A DNA stretch of 64,000 bases from Eledone cirrhosa (Eukaryota), in assembly GCA_964016885.1 (NCBI GenBank), contig OZ024743.1, positions 372,062,001-372,126,000 of the forward strand, in the 5' to 3' direction. The position numbers and the translations under genes are program-made. How positions within the stretch are numbered: position 1 is the stretch's first letter; the number at the start of each line of letters is the position of its first letter. Positions 1 to 12,431 of the stretch are shown here, one piece after another. A model generated the notes under the pieces. That model searched no databases. It saw only the letters and a program-made list of their open reading frames with translations, and was not told the origin of the DNA.

Positions 1-560
1 CAAAATGGAATATATCCACAGGTATGATAGAATCGGGACCTTCATACACAGGAAATTATGCCAGAATTATGAAATACCAACAGAAAAAAGATTGTACAAA
101 CAACACCAGGAAAAGTCTCAGAGAATGACAAAGCAACCATTCTCTGGGATATACCAATACATACAGACAGAGAGATCAAAGCCAACTGACTAGATGTTAT
201 AGTCAAAGACCACAAAGAAAAACAATGCCTTCTAATAGATGTATCAATCACACAGATGACAATATGTCTTCCAAGGAAATAGAGAAACTCTCCAAATATA
301 AAGATTTAGAGATAGAAATAACTTGAATGTGGAAAATGAAAACAGAAACAATACATATAATAATAGGTGCTCTAGGAATGATAAAAAAACACACAGCTAA
401 ATACATAGCCCAAACCCCAGGACTTATATATACAATATATACAGCATACAAAAGATAACATTACTAGGCACTGCACACATATTATGAAAAGTAATAGCAA
501 TACAATAGAATCAACATCAGCAAAAATTACAGTGCTCCTACCCAAGGCGCACAGAGCTGT
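1..560 (+). mobile_element. Degenerate 3' end of Dong/R4-like non-LTR retrotransposon (restriction-like endonuclease region)
   Basis: Frameshifted peptides YIHRYDRIGTFIH..LC and ILWDIPIHTDREIKAN.LDVIVKDHKEKQCLLIDVSI (RHD...LWD...TD...PD...IDV pattern); followed by (AAT)n. Confidence 0.75.
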
Positions 561-613
561 GCTTGGTAAGGCAGTAATGATGTACAATAAAAATGATAAT
601 GGAAATAATAATA

Positions 614-1020
614 ATTGTTTCTACTTTTGGCACAAGGCCAGCAATTACCCAGTGCATTACTGGTACTTTATTTTATCGACCCCATAAGGATGAAAGGAAA
701 AGTTAACCTCGGCGGGATTTGAATTCAGAATGGCAAGGGCTGTAACTCTATGCGTCAAAGCATGGCGTCCAACCCTCTACCGATACTGCCAATCCACCAA
801 TAATGCTTTCTTATATAGGCACAAGGCCAGCAATTTTTGGGGAGGGGAAAGTCGATTAAATCGACCCCAGTGCGTGACTGGTTCTTTATTTTATCAACCC
901 CGTAAGGATGAAAGGCAAATTAACCTCGGCGGGATTTGAACTCAGATCATAAAGGGCTGTAACTCTATTCTGCAAAGCATGGTTTCTGACCCTCTACCGA
1001 TACTGCTAATCCACCGCCCT
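614..1020 (-). mobile_element. Two tandem Nin-domain tRNA-derived SINEs
   Basis: Reverse complement of GCCTTTCATCCTTACGGGGT(C/T)GATAAAATAAAGTACCAG core with a tRNA-like head; (AAT)n flanks; many copies elsewhere in the window. Confidence 0.75.
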
Positions 1021-1039
1021 AATAATAATATATCATTAT

Positions 1040-1350
1040 CATCATTTAATGTCCATCTTCCATGCTAACATGGGTAGGGTGGGCTGTCCCTTTGTGAGAG
1101 ATCAGGCCTTTCATTTTGAGGGAAAAATTTTTTTGTAGTTAACAGCGGTAATAGATCCCTGAACTTTCTCTAACTTGATCTCATTCTGGCTACTGTACTT
1201 TTGGAACCCCCCCCCCCCCCCACTGCTGATTTTGTCACTAGCTAACAGAAGCTATCTACCACTTCTATAGAGCCCTTTAGGCATTTGAAGGTGATTGTAC
1301 TTTGAGATCTGTTGCTACTTATTGCTCCTGTGCACCAACCGCATGTAAAA
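1040..1350 (-). mobile_element. RTE LINE internal fragment and tail
   Basis: Similar to the GGG.SKSTVARMRS..KFRDLLPLL segment and (GAT)n tail of the larger RTE copies. Confidence 0.6.
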
Positions 1351-1776
1351 CTTACATACCCACACACACACATACATATATATATGAGTCATTTGCTATG
1401 ATGATTCACCCTATCAGTCCTAGTTATGTGTTGTTTGTAATTTTTTTTGGAAATATCATGTAGTTTCTATGTGTAGTGCATGTTAATGCATCTACTGCAC
1501 ATACATGCATACATTTAAAACTTTTTTACATACCCTATGGCAACTATATTGTACCCAAACATATATACATATGTTTATTGAGGCATTAAGAAAAGACTAC
1601 GACAATTGCTGTGATAATACACAGTTAGGAATTACTGTGACTAAACAACCAAATCAAATGGATATAGTCTGCAAGCCATCACAAACTCTCGGTTAACATA
1701 GTTTTCCTTCAAATTTAACTTTAACTTGTAATAAATCTTTCCCTTTCTTCTCTGTCAACTTTTAAATCTTAAGTGC

Positions 1777-3856
1777 TATAGGGTTTACTGGTTGCATGAA
1801 TGTAACAAAACGAGACAATGTTTGTGTATATAATATTTAATTAACGGTAGATAGAATACTTGACATGTCAAAGATAGATGTTAGAATGAAACAAAGTTAG
1901 TAGTTACCGTTTTGATTGCCAGGCAAACGCGGCTGGCAGAGGGCGCCTGGCCTTAGCCAGGCGCCTGTTGGCCAAATTAATGGCAGAGCCAAATGAGAAG
2001 ACTCTTGACCTGGTGCCGAAAAGGCAAAGAGAGAGAGGAAGCCCAAAGTTGTTAGTTTTATAGGGCTCTGACCGGAAGTTGCAGAAAGGGTTCCACTTCC
2101 CGTCTAGATCCCAATCAAAACAAGGGAGACAACCGCTACATAACCTCCCGCCAGAATTTTAGTGTATAAAAATCGAAATGAAAATATGTAGCAAGTTGGC
2201 GAGAATGTTGTAACAGGCATGAAAATTACGACCAAAGAATGTTTGGAAAAATCAATGATAGATATCAAGGTAGCCAACCGCTCTTGGCCAGAGAACGACT
2301 GGACATCCATCTATCCATCACCCAAAGATACAATGTAATAAAGTAAAAGTAATAGAAGAGCTCAAAGTTCAAAATATAGTTCACAGGTGTGCAATCACAT
2401 GACAGCTGGAAAGAAAGTGTGTTCCAGAGAATGAATGCAGGTGGTTTCTGTTCTGTGGTACATCGTGAAATTTCCAACCTCCGAATGGATTTTCTCACAG
2501 GAAGAGTGCTGCAAAAATGAATTCTCTGGCTTTGGTGAAGCTGTATTGATGTATTGCTGTTGCTGCTGCTGTTGTCTCGCTGAGTGAGCGTATTCGGTGT
2601 TTAAATTCACAGTAAAAAATTTTTTTTTTTAGAAAAAAATGAGTTGCGCAAAGTGCTAGAAATAGCAGCCGAAGTTGATGGTCGATGTTGAGAATGCGTT
2701 GACCTGGAAGGGTCAAGAGGCCAGCGACCAGAGAAATAAGCATTCTTAATAAATGCGCGGTTATCAACGGTAAATTTACATTGTAAATTTATAAACCGGC
2801 AAATAGAAGAATATAGCTTAAGGCTGAAGAATCCCTGGTGATAAATGGCGTGCGGCTGTCTGAGTAGAGACATCTCAGTGAATCGAGAATTTATGCTGCC
2901 TACACGTGCCAATACAAGGTTGAAAAAAAAATATTTCTAACGCGCGAGAAAATGATAGTGCAATTTTGAAAGTGACAATGATGAAAAAGAAAGGCTTCAA
3001 TCAGCATAATTATAGGTGTGAACTTTTGGAAAAAAAAAAAAAAAAAAACTTGAACGATGAAGAAAACGAAGAACAAAAGGCAATGGTTCATCGAAAATAA
3101 ATGTTCCTGTTGAAATGTTTTTTAAAGAATATCAAATTTCTTTTTTTTTTTGGTGTTTTGAAAGAGTTCGTTGTAAGAAACGAGAAACATATATATATAT
3201 CGTGAAATGTTTTTTTTGTTTTGAAAGTGTTCGTTGTAAGAAACGAGAAACATATATATATATATTGGTGAAATGCGACAGTTAATTGATGCGTGAGAGA
3301 AAAAGTATGTCTGTGCGAATTCCACATGTGCGTGTGTGCGTGTCCTTGAGTATTTTCATAGTTTGTCGCTAAATTTGCTGTGTATTCGTAATGTTACTCA
3401 CAAAACCAGATGTGCTATTTTTTTCTTTTTTGGGGGGTGACCACTTATAGCGATGAACGGCTGCGTGTTCGTATCACGTCAGGGTCACCAATATAGGGTT
3501 TTACTGGTTGCATGAATGTAACAAAACGAGACAATGTTTGTGTATATAATATTTAATTAACGGTAGATAGAATACTTGACATGTCAAAGATAGATGTTAG
3601 AATGAAACAAAGTTAGTAGTTACCGTTTTGATTGCCAGGCAAACGCGGCTGGCAGAGGGCGCCTGGCCTTAGCCAGGCGCCTGTTGGCCAAATTAATGGC
3701 AGAGCCAAATGAGAAGACTCTTGACCTGGTGCCGAAAAGGCAAAGAGAGAGAGGAAACCCAAAGTTGTTAGTTTTATAGGGCTCTGACCGGAAGTTGCAG
3801 AAAGGGTTCCACTTCCCGTCTAGATCCCAATCAAAACAAGGGAGACAACCGCTACA
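1777..3856 (-). mobile_element. Young non-autonomous LTR retroelement (about 364-bp LTRs, non-coding 1.35-kb interior)
   Basis: Near-identical direct repeats 1777-2140 and 3492-3856. 4-bp TSD GTGC at 1773-1776 and 3857-3860. In minus orientation the LTR starts TGTAG. tRNA-Trp-complementary PBS at 3459-3490; polypurine tract GGCGGGAGGTTA next to the 3' LTR. No gag/pol ORF. Confidence 0.9.
3459..3490 (-). promoter_or_regulatory. Primer-binding site complementary to tRNA-Trp 3' end (unusually long)
   Basis: The + strand reads GGCTGCGTGTTCGTATCACGTCAGGGTCACCA, close to the 3' portion of metazoan tRNA-Trp including CCA (recalled sequence). It lies 1 nt from the LTR edge. Confidence 0.8.
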
Positions 3857-4489
3857 GTGCTATCAATTTTAAATTGTGATTGTAATGAATGCTAAGTTCT
3901 TCTGTAAATTCTAGATAGATTTCTTTAATTTTTAATGGTAATTATAATAAGTATAATATCAATAATTCTAGATCTTCTTAGGCACACACTTATTCCTGGT
4001 GGGTGGGGGCCATGCCCTCAGATGTGCCTTCAAGCAGGTCCTGTCAGAAGCAACCATCTCCAGCTATATGCCTAAGCAAGACCAGCTGAGCTCATGGAGT
4101 TTACCCAACCAAATTGCTCAGGGTCTACCCTTGGGTCTCCTGCCAGTTTGAATTGCCCGTAAAATCCATCTAGTGATTCTTTCCATAGACATTCTAACCG
4201 CATGTCCGTAGTTTCTCTAAAGAGGCCACCTTTTTGCCCCCCCCCCCTCCCGACACATTATAAAAGCAACTCTATTGAGCTCTCCCATAGATAGAGACAC
4301 CAGCCTCCTCCACCTACATACATATGTGGATGTGCTGCATATGATTTTGCATGCCTATATATACATTCCAGGGTTATATAAGTTACTCTAGAAACGAAGA
4401 GCTTTTCATGTTTATGTTGCTAGGATATGACAGATCTAGTGACTAGTGGTAACTTTGGTAACAAGTGCTGGCTGTGACTACAAACATCT

Positions 4490-5420
4490 GAGCCATCAGC
4501 ACTGGGGGGTGACTGGAGTGGGCCATGTCCTTGACATAACTAAAGGATCCTCCCAACCCTTTATTTGGCAAGCTTTCTATGGCTGGATGTGCTTCATCTC
4601 ACCAAATAGTTTACAGCATGTACTAGAGGTATCTATTTTTAGATGACCAGCACTGGAGAGATTGTTGTGTCTTTGACACACCTGAACTTTTGTGTTAGTC
4701 ATAGACCCAACTGTAGAGCTCTCTCAGCTGTGAGGAGGGGGAAATAGGGGAGAGTGATAGGTATTAATTTATAGGTGTATGTGAGGAAGGGTAGGAGTGG
4801 CTGATTAGTGTATGAGGATGTAGTTGTGTGAAGGATATGGTCAATATGGTGGGGGTGGGGTCAAGATGGAGAGATAGGTAGGGGGTAAGGCTTAGGTGTA
4901 GCTGGTTAGTGTATGAGAGGGTACATAGTGGTGTAGAAGATGTGCTTGATAGAAGGGGGGTGGTTGTGGCAGAAAGATAGGAAAGGAGATAGTGGGGGGT
5001 AAGGGGTGGTAATGGGGGTGAACAGAGTGTAGAGAGAGTAGCTACTAGGGTGCAATGATGAGGATATCTAAGGCCTTTAGAGGAGGGGTAGTAGTTAAGG
5101 AGGGGGCATGGGTGGTGGGTGCAGTAGTGGTGAAGATAGATGGTGGGGAGTACTAATGGGAGAAAGGGAGAGTGACTCATGGATGGGTCAGGTCATATTG
5201 TGAACTTCTGGCTAGGTCTTCATCATCACAGCATAGCACCAGCATTCTCGATCCTTTGTCATCTTAGTTGTGAGGCTTAGTTTCTTAAGGTTGCTTTTCA
5301 CTACAGCATCCCATGTCTTCCTGGGTCTGCCTTTCCTGCATAAGGAAATAGCTCTGCATTTCCTTATGCAGCTGCTATCTTCCATTCACATCACATGTCC
5401 ATACCAATGCAAGCTTCTCT
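4490..5420 (-). mobile_element. Old RTE LINE 3' fragment with purine-rich low-complexity UTR
   Basis: 5200-5420 resembles the RRL.WYGHVM.ME..C...GRP.KTWD region; 4560-4620 matches the shared RTE tail; 4740-5190 is G/A-rich. Confidence 0.5.
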
Positions 5421-5451
5421 CTTGCGCATTATACCCATGGATATATATATA

Positions 5452-6653
5452 CGAGGTGGTATCAAAAAGTTACTGGACTAGTTCTGTAGCACACCAACAG
5501 ATGGCAACACACGGTTGCATGTGCAATGAGAGCTAACAGTGACCTTCATGTACCAGTGTCCCGAGTGACATCAATGTGTTCACTTTGCAAGTTGTGAAAT
5601 TTGTGCTTTTGTGACCACAAGTATGCTCTAGCCTGAGATTTTGTCTCGAATAGGAAGTTGGAACAAAAAGCCAGTGTGAAACTTTGCATTCAACTTGGGA
5701 AATTGCAACAGAAACATTGAGCATGCTTTGGCAAGCTTACAGTAATAAGGCAATGGGTTGTATGTAATATTTCGAGTGGCATGTGCACTTCAAAAGTGGA
5801 AGAATATCCCTGGAAGATGACAAGTGATCTGGAAGACCTGCCACGAGTGACACACCTGGAAATGGGGAGAAAATTAATCAGCTTGTGCATGAAGATCGTC
5901 GGAGAACAATCAACAATATTGCTGATGTTGGTCTGTCATATGGGTCCATGCAATCCTAACATCTGAATTGAACATGTGGCCTGTTGCTGCCAAGTTTGTC
6001 CCCCACCTGCTGACCACTGAGCAGAAAGAACATTGTGTTGAAGACTGTCAAGATCTCCATCAGTGTGCCACTGATAACCCATCCTTCATGTCGAGGATCA
6101 TCTCCAGTGACAAGAGTTGAGCCTATAGGTATGACTCTAGGACAAAGCAGCAGTTGAGACAGTGGAAAAGCCCTTAATCTTCATGATTGAAGAAGGCGCG
6201 ACAGAGCTGCAGCTCAACCAAGAGCATGCTCATCATTTTTTCCAACATCTGCAGCATTGAGAATTCATTCCCCAGGGCCAGTCCATCAATCGAGAGTTCT
6301 ACTGCAACAGTTTGAAGCATCTGAGGGAGGTTGTTTGGCGAAAGCAACCAGATCTGTAGAGTACAAAGAATTGAATTCTTCATGACGACCATGCACCCTG
6401 CCACTGAATTCTCCTCACTTGGGAGTTTCTCACCCAAAACAACATTGTATAGCTTCCGTACCTGACATATTTGCCAGATTTAGCACCTGTGGACTGCTGT
6501 CTCTTCTCCAAGCTGAAAATGCAGCTCAAAGGTTGCTGATTTAACACCGTTGCCAAGATCCAGAGCGACTTGCGGAAGGTCCAGATTCCAAAAGTGTCAG
6601 AAATGCTAGGACTGGTGCAAGGTGACTATTTCGAAGGAGATGATACCACCTTA
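5452..6653 (+). mobile_element. Degenerate mariner DNA transposon
   Basis: TIR CGAGGTGGTATCA / TGATACCACCTTA in a TA context. Transposase remnants KFVPHLLT, ISSDKS.AY.YD, LHDDHAPCH and YLPDLAPVD.LF correspond to the WVPHEL, TGDE, HDNA and YSPDLAP motifs; many stops. Confidence 0.85.
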
Positions 6654-6689
6654 TATATATATATATGTGTGTGTGTGTGACAACTCACA

Positions 6690-6920
6690 CCTATGCAGGG
6701 TTAGCTGGCCTCCTCTAAGGTATATCTCATTGGAGGTATCTTGGGTAACTTTATGATAGGGACCCCAGTCCTATTATCTCATTTCTACAGCTGAGTAAAC
6801 TGGAGCAACGTGAAATAAAGTGTCTTGCTCAAGGAAACAACACATCACCCGATCCGAGAATTGAGCTCACAACCTTTCGATTGCAAGCCCAATGCTCTAA
6901 CCACTAAGCCACGCATCTTC
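6690..6920 (-). mobile_element. tRNA-derived SINE (CCTTGAGCAAGACAC central-domain family)
   Basis: The reverse strand has A-box TGGCTTAGTGG, a B-box-like segment and the CCTTGAGCAAGACACTTTATTTCAC core. Homologous to 19381, 43810 and 53955. Confidence 0.75.
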
Positions 6921-6940
6921 ACACACACACATATATATAT

Positions 6941-7381
6941 ACAATAATGAGAAATACACAGATACATGTGAATACATACATATACATGCATATACCTTTC
7001 ACAAGTATGTGAAATTGTGTGTTGCCAACCTTAACCGTTGTTGCGCTATGATTAAGAGGGGCAAAATAATCGGAATAAATTGACTCTATATCAGAGCTAT
7101 ATAATACATTATAAAGAAAGAAGAAACATTAGACATAAATAAATAAATTGTGAAGAAATAATGGGTATTTATTTATGCCTAATGTTTCTTCTTTCTTTAT
7201 AATGTATTATATAGCTCTGATATAGAGTCAATTCAATTCATTCAGATTATTTTGTCCCTCTTAATCATAGAGCAACAACGGTTAAGGTTGGCAACACACA
7301 ATTTCACATACTTGTGAAAGATATATATGTATATATGCATGTATATGTATTCACATGTATCTGTGTATTTCTCATTATTGT
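6941..7381. repeat. Fold-back palindrome (about 205-bp arms, about 20-bp spacer)
   Basis: 6941-7146 is the reverse complement of 7166-7381, with a few mismatches and indels. Confidence 0.9.
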
Positions 7382-7436
7382 CTATAACTCCCTCACGGTA
7401 GAGTAACCACAGAAGTATAGTGACAGCTTTCAAGCT

Positions 7437-8659
7437 TGTAGCAAGAGTTGCCTCCCTTGTTGTGACGAAAACATCACCAATAGAGTAACGCTCTCTAGAC
7501 GGGAAGTAGCTGGAGTTGCTTCCCGTTGGGGTGGCAGCCCTTTTTGTCACTTCCGTTCCAGCATCTATAAAGGGAATAACTTTCAGCTCTCTCCCTCTCA
7601 TTTGCCTTCGGCCAGGCGCGTTCGCCTGGCAACCAAACGGTAACTAATAACTTTGCTTCATTCTTTCATCTATTCATTGACATGTCAACTATACTGTTCT
7701 ATATAACCACAAATTGTTAATTAAATATTATACACACAAATCACGTCTCTTGTTATATATTCATACACACTAGTATTATGTTATAAGTGGTGACTCCGAA
7801 AAAAAAAGAAAAAAAAAGCAGAATCTGGTGTTGTGTGAGTAGGGAAAATTAATTATCAGTTTCGATTATGCAGCAAGTTTTATTGACAAACTAGGAAAAT
7901 ACGCAGACACAGAAACGAACACACACACATGTGAAATTCTCGTTCAGACAGACTCTTTTTCTCTCACGCATGTGTCGTACATCAACTAACTGTCGCATTT
8001 CACTGTATATATATATGTTTTTCGTTTCTTCTTACAACGAACACTTTAAAAACAAAAAAAAAAAAAGAAATTTGATTTTTTTTTACACATTTCAACATGA
8101 ACATTTATTTTCGATGAATCTCAACTATTGCCTTTTTTCATCATTCACAAAAAATTGAACTCGCCATATTTGTTATACTAAGTGAAGCCTTTCTTTCTTT
8201 TTCATCATATTGTCACGTTCACACACACATTTTTCAAAATGGCTGCCAACGACATGTTGCACTATCATTTTCGCGCCATTTTCTCGCGCAATAGAAATAT
8301 ATTATTTTTAAACTTAACCTTGTTTTGGCATGTGTAGGCAGCACAAATCTAGACTCACAGTGATACCACATGCCAGAGATAACGTTTCTCGCCAACGATT
8401 CTCCAGCCTTAAGCTATATTCTCCTATTTGCCGGTTTAAAAATTTGTAAATTTGCCGTTGAAAACTGCGCATTTATTCAGAATGCTTATTTCTCTGGTCG
8501 CTGGCCTCTTGACCCTTCCAGGTCAACATCGACCATCAACTTTGGCTGTTATTTCTAGCACTTTGCGCAACTCATTTTTTTCTTGAAAAATTTTTACTGT
8601 GAATTTAAACATCGAATACGCTCACTCCGCGAGACAACATCATCAGCAACACAGCTTCA
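7437..8659 (+). mobile_element. Truncated older relative of the 1777-3856 LTR element (5' LTR, PBS and partial interior)
   Basis: Starts TGTAGCAAG; LTR to about 7785; PBS TGGTGACTCCGA at 7788. The interior matches the reverse complement of about 2570-3450 (e.g. CTCTGGTCGCTGGCCTCTTGACCCTTCCAGGTCAAC). No 3' LTR; flanked by a 44-bp direct repeat. Confidence 0.8.
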
Positions 8660-9119
8660 TCACGGTAGAGTAACCACAGAAGTATAGTGACTGCTTTCAA
8701 GCTAATACTATTTACACTTCTAGACTCCCTTGCCACCTCGTCTGTAGCCTCGGCATTGTATTAATGCCCCCTCTGCCATTTGTGGTATTTCTCATTGCTA
8801 TAAGGGGTTTAGCTCTGTTTCTTGACCACTGTATCACGTGATAGGTTCCCCCTCCGCCTTCCCGGGACTCTCTCGTGCGATACAGACCTGTTTTGAAACT
8901 TTAAATGGGGTATTTTCTTGATAAGTTGGCAAACCTCACAAGAATACTACATCTCTATGATATAGGATTATAAGATTAGCTGGTCAAAATTATCGGTAGC
9001 GAAAGCCTACAGTAACGGTATGTCCCACTGCAGGCTTTGTAATTTAGAACTACTACATGTTTTAAGGTACGATCGGATGCTGTTTAACAGCAAAATAGAA
9101 AGATCTATTTTCTGTAGAC

Positions 9120-10830
9120 ATAAAATCAGGAAACATTAGCTCCTCCTTTAGCTAATTCCACCTCTACAATTCCTATTATAATTAATCCTGGGCCACTTGC
9201 AAATAACTCTGTTAATAACATTAATCGTAAATGCAACTGCCCTAATAGAACTAAATATCCTCTTAATAATTTCTGTCTCAATAAAAATCTAGTATACGAA
9301 TGTAAGGTGCTAACTAGTACCAATTCTTATACTTACTTCTACTTCCTTTAAGGCAAGACTATATAACCATTCTTCCTCATTTAAATATCCACTTAAAAGA
9401 ACAAACACTGCACTCTCAGAACTCAGAACTTGTTAAAAGTCAAAAACATTAATTACAAAATTTATTGGCGTAAAATATGCAGTGCTTCTCCATATTCTAA
9501 TGCTTCCATATCTAGGGCTTGTAATTTATGTCTAGCTGAAAAATTTACCATTATCTCGAATTTCAACTATAATAAATAGACGCACCGATTTATTTGCTCT
9601 CTGCATCCATAAATCTCTTAGGTCATTTCACGAAGTATACAGCTAATACCCTATATCTTATTCCACGAATAAAGGTTAAAATTTTTTTACACATATATAT
9701 ATTTTTTTTACACAAATATCTTTTTACACTTTTTCTCGTATATTTCAGTACACTCTACAAAGTTTTAAACATACTATGAAGTTATATGTTCTTCTACGCT
9801 TCACTCAAGCAAATTCCTTTATCTACTTGGTGAGACAAAATATTATTTAAATAGTTCATATTTAATGTTTCTTTATTTTATTTCTTCTCACTATTTTTAA
9901 GCCGCTCACTTTTCCTCCTTTATCACATCATATTTCTTCGTAGATTTTATAAACAAATTATGACGTCATATGTCCTCTTCGTTTTTTTACGCTTAAATAA
10001 TTATAACATTTTCCTCTATTTACTTGTGGATTAAATTAATATTTAAATAGTTTTCCCACATATATAATTTCTTTTATACATAATCTATAATTTTTTTTAT
10101 ATATAACCTATAATTTTTAATAGTAAACTTTTAATTTTTGACATGGTTTGACTACTCTTATTTATTTTCTTCTACACATATATATATTTTTTCACACATT
10201 TTTCAATTACATTCTATTTAAACAAACTATGACATTATTTTGTCTTCTACGCTTAAAAATCACTTAATTTTATTTTACTTTATTTTATTTTAATAATACA
10301 TTTTCACACCTCTTAATAATTTTTTTTTAGTATATAAACCCTAAATAAATAATATACCTAATTTCTATATCTGTAATCATAAACCTCATCAATTTATTAA
10401 TTTATTTATTTCGTAGCCGTATATATTATTTCAGCCGTTATTCACAGCTGTTTTTCAGTTTTGACAGCGTTTCCCCGTTTAAAAGTCTCTATCTTTCTCC
10501 TTTCTCTTTCTCTCTCCTCCTTCCTTCTTAAACTTTTCCTGTTATCTTCTTTTTCCTTTTATATTTTTATCATATGTTGACTAGACACTTTATTGTTCAC
10601 AAGTGTTTTTTTAGGCATCATATCATGTTACATTATTTTATCTGATGAGAACGCAACTATCGTCCCAGGATGATATTTGTTTTTGAAATGCGCATAATAA
10701 AATATATGGAACTTTTTTAACCATCTTTTAATTTCTTCTTATATATACTCCAGTTCAATAAACTGTTGAGTGCTACTTATCCGATATATGCATAGTTTTG
10801 TTGTTCTACAATAAAACTCCCCTCCTACAT
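9120..10830 (+). mobile_element. Penelope-like element remnant (GIY-YIG end plus AT-rich tail)
   Basis: Decayed CNCPNRTKYPLNNFCLNKNLVYECKV and CNLCLAEKFTII peptides; the tail holds a hammerhead and ends at (TA)n. Confidence 0.8.
10634..10704 (+). ncRNA. Minimal type-I hammerhead ribozyme
   Basis: TATTTTAT-CTGATGA-[stem II 10649-10684]-GAAA-TGCGCA-TA-ATAAAATA. Perfect 8-bp stem I, intact core, palindromic stem III; predicted cleavage after A10696. Confidence 0.88.
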
Positions 10831-10899
10831 TATATATATATATATATATGTATATATACGATATTAAACAAATGGAAACTACATTTATAAAACCATATT

Positions 10900-10965
10900 T
10901 ATTTCATTATATATATTTCAGGGATATCATATTAAAAATATGGTATGCCCTCTTCAGACAAAATA
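10900..10965 (-). ncRNA. Mirror copy of the 14560-14625 hammerhead
   Basis: Reverse complement of 14560-14625, within the left arm of the inverted repeat. Confidence 0.85.
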
Positions 10966-12431
10966 CAATATATAAACAGTTTTATAAATAAATTTGACAT
11001 ACCTTAAAAATTTTACAACTTCCATTTAAAAAGTTGTTATGGTAGTGAAAATGTTAAGGACAGTTAGAAAGAAAGACGGAGAAAAAAGAAAAAGAAGGAA
11101 AAAAGAAAAAGAAAGAGCGGAAGGTGAAGAAGATGAGGAAATGTATGTAAAGAGAAAAACACCAAATGAGAGATTTATGAGGGAAGGGGGTACTGTAATT
11201 ATTTATTTATTTATTTAGTGTTAAGGATACGGGGAGAAATAAAAACAAAAATAAATAAGGAGAGGTAGATCGAGTAATATCTATTATACGAGGTGGGAGA
11301 GATAGGGGAGGGTTGAGATACAGGAGATAGAGTTAAAACAGCCGATACATAAGTCCCGTCAAGTGTAGAGGGAGGAGGAGAGGAGATATACTTAGAAATA
11401 AAAATGATAGTTTTAAAATATTATGTTTCATCAGTCTATCAATTCCTATGAATTATAATGTAAATATCAATATTCATGAATGAGACACATATCAATTATG
11501 TGTGAAAAAATAATGACTATATGTTTAGTTTAAAAATTCTTAGGTTTATAATCAAAATCTGATATAAAACTTCAAAAAAATACTGAAATACATAAGTATA
11601 TATGTATTTTCATGAAAAAAGTGAAAAAGAAAAAAGAGAAAGAAAAAGAGAAGGTTATCTCAAATTGACATTATAGACACATGTGAGTTTACGTGATCAG
11701 CTCTGTAAATTTTTATTTCACATGAAAATCTTCATTGCGTTAAAAAAGATTTTACCATACATATATGTACATACATATATATATATACATAAAATATACA
11801 TTATTAATAATAATAATATTCTTGCCCTCTCTTACATGATTATCGTTCAAGCATAGAATAGAACAGATATCAATATATTAAAATATTAAAAACGCCAAGA
11901 ATATTTCACTCCCCAGAATATCTAGGGCCGTAATAAAACACAGTGTGCCCCGCATATCAATCAATCCTTCCAATTTATTTGACAATATATTGCCAAGTTC
12001 ATTAGAAGCAATCAGAATCAAAAGCAAACAAAACCAAAATTATTCACCAAACTTATTTAGCAGAAATCTTTCAAAAAAAACTTTAGGATACCCGGTTGTT
12101 CTACAGATGCTCTTATATTTATTATAGAAGTTTATCTAGCTTAAAAATTTTATTCAATAGATTGGGAGCATCACCATTTTAAGGTAGTTTAATTACATTA
12201 TTAATTATATACTCATGAAGAAGGTTTAAAGAATTGAAGGAATCGAAAGATTTATCGCCAAGTTTTCTAAAATAATTAAAAGTCTTAAGTAAATATATAA
12301 CATTTTAAATTTATATTTATATTTAAAAGTTGAGTTCAATCTATGTCTGCAGCAACTGAATAAATTGGTCCGTAAATTAAGGGAATTTTTAGATTTTAGT
12401 ATAAAGAATATCTCCTCCGCGCAGAGGTCAC

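Noticed and set aside
7040-7100. Decayed hammerhead inside the 6941-7381 palindrome
   Set aside because: Too many core mismatches to call.
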